Shown piece by piece: positions 57,901-64,000 of a DNA stretch of 64,000 bases. The stretch is from Lepidodermella squamata. Taxonomy: Eukaryota > Animalia > Gastrotricha. The DNA lies in NCBI GenBank assembly GCA_047495785.1, contig JBLDXI010000010.1, forward strand, positions 868,001 to 932,000. The letters run 5' to 3'. Both the position numbers and the translations under genes were made by a program. The notes beneath the pieces are model-generated. The model had not been told where the DNA came from. It did not search any database and saw nothing but the letters and a program-made list of their open reading frames with translations. The stretch's first letter is position 1. The number at the start of each line of letters is the position of its first letter.

Positions 57901-58360
57901 ACCTGTGAGATTTAATCTGAGATGGAATTTTTCAAGACAGATGGCGATTTATCAACCCCATACAAATAAACACGCTTTTCATCACTGTGGAAGGCTTGAA
58001 TTCATTATTTAGCTTTGAAGGTCTATTTCCAAGCGACAAGCGTCTCCTGACCGCAGTCTTGCGCCGATAGAGAAGAGTTGCGCGAATAAAGCCACGAAAG
58101 CAAGGTCAAAACGCAAAATCCAACTAATTTCCACGGACTGCGTGTGAGGTGGGTGGCTCATAGGCTCATTAAATCGGCGCAGCTACTTGCGCTGTCTGTG
58201 CGCGAGGCATCGCGAATCGCTGAAAATTGCTAATAACCGAAACAAAGTTCGGCGATGAAATCCAACCTCTGTCTTAAAGGTCGAAAGTCTAAAACCATAA
58301 GCCATAAGCCCATAAAGCTCCGATAGAGCAGGCCGTACCTAACTGAAAAGGTATAACGAA

Positions 58361-61309
58361 ATGATGAATAAACACTTGCTAGCTATGCTTCTCACCTGCA
58401 ATGCGATCGCCAGCTGTCAAAAACTCGTCTTGAGGAGCCTAATGCCTGAATTACTTCAGGTCAACAGCAGCACCGATGACGACAGCACTGCGCGAACACC
58501 CCTTACTCTTCTCGCTTCAATCAACTACGGCGGAGGTCCTACGCTGTCGCTAGGCCCGCTTTGCACGGAAGCGATGCGATTCGCTCTGGAAAACACCCGC
58601 AGGTCCAATCAAATGCTTCGTAACTATGATTTGCGAATTTCTTTGTATGATGATCAGGTGACATAATCACTAAGCTCAGAATGCATCACTTCAACATTCC
58701 ATTTTTTAGTTCTTTACCTCCAGCGGGGTATATTATATAACCAGCACGTTACGAGATATTACAGAAGGCCGGAATAAAGAGAGCATTCTGCCTCTGCATT
58801 TGGGAAATGTCGCAGCGATTTACGTTGGACAATTTCTGCAGCATTTCGACTTCTTCACAATCAACCACGTCCAGGCTGTCCACCTCTCGCGAGTCCTTTC
58901 TTATGATAGAGACTATCCACCTTCAGCCGTTAATATATTCATCCCGCATGAATACGTCAATCCTTCATTGGTCGAATTTTTAAATAGGATGAATTGGCGC
59001 AAACTGGCGCTTCTTTCAACATCGAATTTCTTGTGGACTCGGGTAAATTTAGAAATGTTCATCTAATGGAAATTTATTGCCCTCTTTTGCAGTGGGATCT
59101 TTCGCTAATAAATCAAATGTATCTCAGGAATATGACTCTGTTAGGCTACGTCAAAATTCCGGTACCTCTTGGCACTACAAGCCCAACAGCACTTGACATC
59201 GAAAAAACTGTTCAGGATTTAGCTCAATTTGAAGAGGCTAGAATATTTATTATTCACGCGACTGCCGCCGTAGAAACGAGTTGCTTCCTCTACAAGTATG
59301 GGATATACGGCCCCGGCTACGTCATTCTGATAAACGAGCTTGGATTTTATGGCACTGATGCTCCGATTCCCTACGCGTGGTGCACAAGGGAAATGTTAGT
59401 CGAGGTCCTCGGAAGCGCTCTATTTTTCGGTCAGATGCCTGCGAGTGAGATACAAGGCCCTGACAACATCAAATCTTCCGGCGGCATGACAGCTGATAAG
59501 CTTGATGATTATCTACGCAGTAAAATCGAAGCACCCGAAACCTTTCCGACCTGGTGGCTGCGAAGCTCGTGCTACGACATGGCCCTTTTCGCCATTCATG
59601 TTTTGAATGCCACCGAAACCAAACTCAATGCCAGAAATCAGACTCTGAATGATTGGTTGACAAACGGCGATTATTTCCAACAAAATGGCAGCTACATCTT
59701 CTCAATGATAAAGGACAGCATTTTCAGCGTGGATATGCAGGGTTTTGTGAGCAGACTTCAGTTCAACAAGTCGACAGGCTTCAACACGCCCGGAAACTAT
59801 CCTTTAGCCATAACTCAGCATCAAAAGGTGGGGGGAAAGATTATTCCGGTCGTTGGAGCTACTTTGAATGCGACAGATGTTTCTGTCAAATTCGGACCCG
59901 GTAAATTTGTTTGGCGCACTTGGAACAATGTGCCTCCTCGAGATGAAACATTAGTCATTGCGGTGAAAGAAGCAGATTCTGTTACAGCTTTTGCCACACT
60001 TGCAGGTAATTTTTGAAAATTCGTGAATCTCAAGCTACATTTCAAACAAACTTTCAGCTCTCGCAATACTGCTGTGCGTCCTATCTTCATTTTTATTAAT
60101 ATGGACTCTTAAAAAGAGGCTGAGGCTCTCTGACGGGGAAAGCAGCTGGACCTCTTGTCTTTTACTGCTCGGTGACGTCTTTCTATCATGCCAACCATTC
60201 ATAATGGGCTATAAATCCGAGGCAAATATTCATAACAATTGCATGGCATCCTATTTTATATTGCTCAGCGGATTCTCCATTGTCCTGTCAACGCATTTAG
60301 TTGAACTCTTGCATGTCTACGAAGCGTTCAAATCTGACTCAATGCGAGAATCGCGACCTTCAGGATCGCAACTAAAAAACAGAAGTCACCCGATCAGAAA
60401 GCGGGTACCTAAGGCCCTGCCAATCTCGAGCGAATTACCATCGAAAAAGGCTTCGATTATCATAATCGGCACATTTATTTACAACTGTGGGCTACTTGCT
60501 ATCTGGTTTGCCGTCGAGCCACTGATTACTGCTGTGAAGGAGCTGCGATTCGAAAAATCCCGGACCGACATTAGTTTGTCGTATAGCTATTACGATTTTC
60601 AATGCGACATGGGAACCTGGGTGCTTAGTGGTAACTTTCATTTTCACGATCTCATAATCATTTTGATTGCTCTGCCGAACACTATCGCTATGCTAACGGC
60701 GATTGCCCTTTCTCTAATGCTTCAAAATGTGAGTATGAACAGATAGTATGAACTGTTTTACTATCATTATTCCTGCTATATTAACAGGCAGCCGTTAATT
60801 CTCTACGACAGTCCACTTATAGAACGATAATTGCGACTGCGGCTGGTTGCGCTATAGCCATGATATTTGCTGATCAATGGAAAAATTTGCAGGTAGTTAT
60901 TTCTGCGACTTGCTTGGTTATCGCCGTTAGCAATTTGGCGACGCGGTTTCTCTTTGCTGGCAAACAAATTACCTGTTGCTACAGCAGCTTCTTCACATCG
61001 GAAGGACACAATTCATGCCCCGTAAACATTGAATTGTTGTATTCATGCAAGTATTGCTATCAGGTTATTAACTACTTCGTCACTGCGATCGCTAACAATT
61101 CATTAACATCATTAAGGATTTCGAATTTTCCGGCACCACATTCGGCACCTGTTCTGCACCGATTTTCGGCATACATTAGGCACTTTTGGCACCTGTTCTG
61201 CACCGATTCCCTAAAGATTACGCACGGCGTTCTGCAAACCTGTTACGCACTTTCCGCACGCACAATCATCAGGGCATTCGGCACCCTCATTCCGCACATT
61301 CGGCACTGA
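58361..61309 (+). CDS. Divergent class C GPCR, GABA-B-like, intron-containing
   Basis: Signal peptide, ALENTRRSNQMLRNYDLRI..DDQ, NWRKLALL, CFLYKYGIYGPGYVIL, VPPRD, and TM exons 60060-60730 and 60790-60960. The 3' end is uncertain because the ORF runs into repeat sequence after ~61110. Confidence 0.8.
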
Positions 61310-61545
61310 GTTCCGCCCGAAAAGCTTTTATTTTGTACCTACTGAGAGTGATGAAAAACAATTTTATTTCGCAAAAATGTGTCAAAAACATGTATTTGGA
61401 ATGAGTGTTAGGCGTCGCGCAAATTAATTCGAATGCCGCGCAAATAAAATCAAAGGTCGCGCAAAACATTAGGGTGTGCGCAGATTAAACAAAGCGCTAC
61501 ACGTAATACGCAATTTTGCGACATTTCGAATTATTTTGCACGCCT
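61110..61545. repeat. Short tandem (TTCGGCAC/CTGCACC) repeats and a small inverted-repeat element
   Basis: GGCACCTGTTCTGCACCGATT occurs twice, with multiple TTCGGCAC copies at 61128-61310. Inverted pair GGCGT..CAAATTAATTCGAA / TTCGAATTATTTTGCACGCC at 61411-61544. Confidence 0.5.
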
Positions 61546-61847
61546 TTTTGGGTTTCCCTCGATATTTCCAGCAAAAAACATTAATATCAGCATATTATTT
61601 TGTTGCGCATTAAACTCGCTCTTCGCTCTGCTTCACTTAACGAGGTTCAGGCGGTTCCAGCCGCACCAAGTGACAGTTCCCCGAGCCCCGAGCCGGAATA
61701 TGATTTCTTTCAACCTAAATCAATTGGAACCGATGGGTGCGATTTTTATTTTCTTTTCGACTTTAATTGCGATTTTTATCTTTAATTTTAGAGTTAAAAG
61801 GAGAGTAATAAAAATGTTTGCAGTTCATATTTTCGAATTCCTAATTA

Positions 61848-63566
61848 TCAATCTATTTTCGGTTTTAATTTGAACAGTTTCCGTACCAGCCAGACGATTG
61901 AAGCAGAAGTGAATATAACCGCGGCGTACAAGTCCAGATCATGAAGCCTGTAAAACGGAGCCGAATCTTCAAACAGTCGCAAATGCTCAGATCCGATTGC
62001 CAGTTCCATTTCCAAGATGTCGACAGCCGCTTCAATGGACTTAACGTTGTAGTACATTGAAGCGCCAAGTTTCAACAGACTTGGCATCAGCTGCGGCTCC
62101 TTTTTCACGAATCTTTCGAGTAACGATCGCGATTTACTGCAGGCTTCAATTTCAAAGTTTTCAGACTTTTTACCCAGAGACAGGCCAACTCCAAACTCAG
62201 CGACATGTTCGCCATTCAATGGTTGATCAGCTGTGATTGGGTTCACAAGAATCGGTTTGTTGGCTAGAAAAGCTTCGAGCAGGCTTTCCATGCCACCATG
62301 GCTGACAAACAAATGAATCGCAGGGTGATTGAGGACTTTGATTTGGGCGACACGTTTCTCCATCCGAAAATGAGGATACTTCTCCGGGTTTTGTAGAAGT
62401 TCCTCTGAAACTATCGCGCTCAGATTTGCACCACCGTAAGACCACAAAATGTTAACTTGGTGACCAAAGGTAGATTGGCACTGAAGACCTTCGAGAAGAG
62501 CTTTCATCCCTGAGTCTGGTGGTAACATGCTAGAACCAAATGCTACGTAGATAACGCTTTCTCGCCTTGAATGAGCATTATCGAGCCATTTTTGGAGACC
62601 GGGGTCCATTTCGTAAATATCAGGCTCGATTATAGGACCAATCATGTGGATGAATGGCGACAGAGGGCGGGAATATTCCCACCCAAAGAAGTTAGTAACA
62701 AAGAAATGCACATTCCTCTCAGGTCGCAACATATGGCTAGCTCGATCGAGACCAAGCTTATCCTGGAGTTGATTGATCTCACCGAAATAAGGGATGAAGG
62801 CATATATAACCTTCGGCCATTGAATGAATCTATCGTAAATTCTCTCCAATAGATTCAATCCATCTAGAGTAGAGGGTGTGAACGCTGATGGTAAGTAGCC
62901 TGGGGTGTCTGGGCATTTAGGAACTTGGGTGCTGGGTGAAATGACAACGTAAGGTACGCCCAGTTTGTTCGCCACATTTGGGCAGGAGAAGCTCATCCAG
63001 TCACAAATGAAGATATCAGGCCTATCTTCACCGGCAGCATCTTTCAAACTGAGAAACGCACCTTCGTGGATGGTCTTGGCGGTTTGAATTAAGTATCGGC
63101 TCAAGCCTTCGTGAGCTTCCATCCCAAAAGTTTCCCTTGCTATTTCGACAATGTACTTGCTGGATTTCGTCTGAGAAATCGTTCCATTTGATAGGTATTC
63201 GATAGTTCCGTTCAGTTGGTAATATTTACCGAATACGCCCGGTTTGAAGCATGTTTTCGACTCGTCGAAGACACTGGCAAGTGCAGTTCGGTGACCGCGC
63301 TTCATTAGGGCCTCCGAAAGCGCTATCATTGGCTTAATGTGTGATCTTGTACTCACGTCCATGACGAAAAGCGCGTACTTTGGCCGTGAAATTAGTTTTG
63401 CAAGGTCTGGGGAAATGTTACTCTTGATGTGATCCAGCTTTTCCGATTTGTAACCTGCGTTTGACTTGCCGGTGAGTTGAATGAAAGTCATTAGCAATAG
63501 AAAATGTAACCTCATTTTACTTCTCAGCAGTAATAAAGCGGAAATGTGTGGCGTACTACGGCACAT
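61848..63566 (-). CDS. UDP-glucuronosyltransferase (GT1/UGT family), intronless
   Basis: Signal peptide (probable start MRLHFLLL), SHIKPM..LMKRGH, PDIFICD, YVAFGS, UGT signature VAQIKVLNHPAIHLFVSHGGMESLLEA..PITADQ, C-terminal TM and Lys-rich ER-retention-like tail. Confidence 0.95.
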   Translation of the reverse strand: MCRSTPHISALLLLRSKMRLHFLLLMTFIQLTGKSNAGYKSEKLDHIKSNISPDLAKLISRPKYALFVMDVSTRSHIKPMIALSEALMKRGHRTALASVFDESKTCFKPGVFGKYYQLNGTIEYLSNGTISQTKSSKYIVEIARETFGMEAHEGLSRYLIQTAKTIHEGAFLSLKDAAGEDRPDIFICDWMSFSCPNVANKLGVPYVVISPSTQVPKCPDTPGYLPSAFTPSTLDGLNLLERIYDRFIQWPKVIYAFIPYFGEINQLQDKLGLDRASHMLRPERNVHFFVTNFFGWEYSRPLSPFIHMIGPIIEPDIYEMDPGLQKWLDNAHSRRESVIYVAFGSSMLPPDSGMKALLEGLQCQSTFGHQVNILWSYGGANLSAIVSEELLQNPEKYPHFRMEKRVAQIKVLNHPAIHLFVSHGGMESLLEAFLANKPILVNPITADQPLNGEHVAEFGVGLSLGKKSENFEIEACSKSRSLLERFVKKEPQLMPSLLKLGASMYYNVKSIEAAVDILEMELAIGSEHLRLFEDSAPFYRLHDLDLYAAVIFTSASIVWLVRKLFKLKPKID

Positions 63567-64000
63567 AACTTGGGAACTGAAAAGAGGACATGTCAGCCTT
63601 ATCGGGAGATAGTAAAACGTACAAATGTTGGATGTGGGATATCGTTATAGGAAAGCTTTTACACTCCAAGGGCTTTCTTACTGCTTATCACAAACAATAA
63701 GCAAACAAAGCTTTTAAATTTGAGGTAGAAACTCAGTTTAATGGTTTTCTGTCTAGTTTCAAAACAGTATTTTAGTTTTCTTAGTTTTCTTAGTTTTTTT
63801 TCATGTGAAGGGAGTTCAGGAATATTGTTACCTAGCATTTCGTCATCTGGTTAAACCGCGAGAAGGCAATCAACGAGAACCGGCGACTCCTCTGTAAATG
63901 GCCCTCACGCGCCCGTATAATTCTATTTCTTGACATGAATTCTTGAAATCCGTTATAGACCGGAACACTTTACCTAACCGAGCTGAAGGGACAAACATGA

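Noticed and set aside
61848-63566. Horizontal origin of the intronless UGT
   Set aside because: It has the signal peptide and C-terminal TM of metazoan UGTs, and many neighbouring host genes are also intronless.

Overview
This window is gene-dense eukaryotic DNA from a compact invertebrate-type genome, with mostly ~45-60 bp GT-AG introns; the taxon cannot be determined from this window. Host genes: two paralogous secreted Sushi-ankyrin-Sushi-CUB proteins, a Shaker/Kv1 channel with a shortened S4, a small COX8-like mitochondrial protein, three tandem non-alpha Cys-loop ligand-gated channels, an ENPP phosphodiesterase, six divergent GABA-B-like class C GPCRs (two visibly frameshifted), a C2H2 zinc-finger gene, a PAN/C-type-lectin/kringle protein, and a UGT with a partial pseudogene copy. 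Several non-autonomous TIR elements are present, two of them with 9-bp TSDs. The standout is a 5,750-bp element at 48494-54243 with Polinton/Maverick-type ends: AGTAGT...ACTACT termini, ~185-bp TIRs built from 63-bp repeats, and a 6-bp GAACTT target-site duplication. It carries no recognisable pPolB, integrase, capsid, ATPase or protease gene. Instead it holds a virus-like accessory cassette: divergent TATA-binding protein, RING/TRAF-type E3 ligase, deoxynucleoside kinase, dUTPase and two orphan genes, three of these genes containing spliceosomal introns. It is a candidate satellite or second segment of a Polinton-like virus. All calls come from motif reading by eye; no database searches were run.
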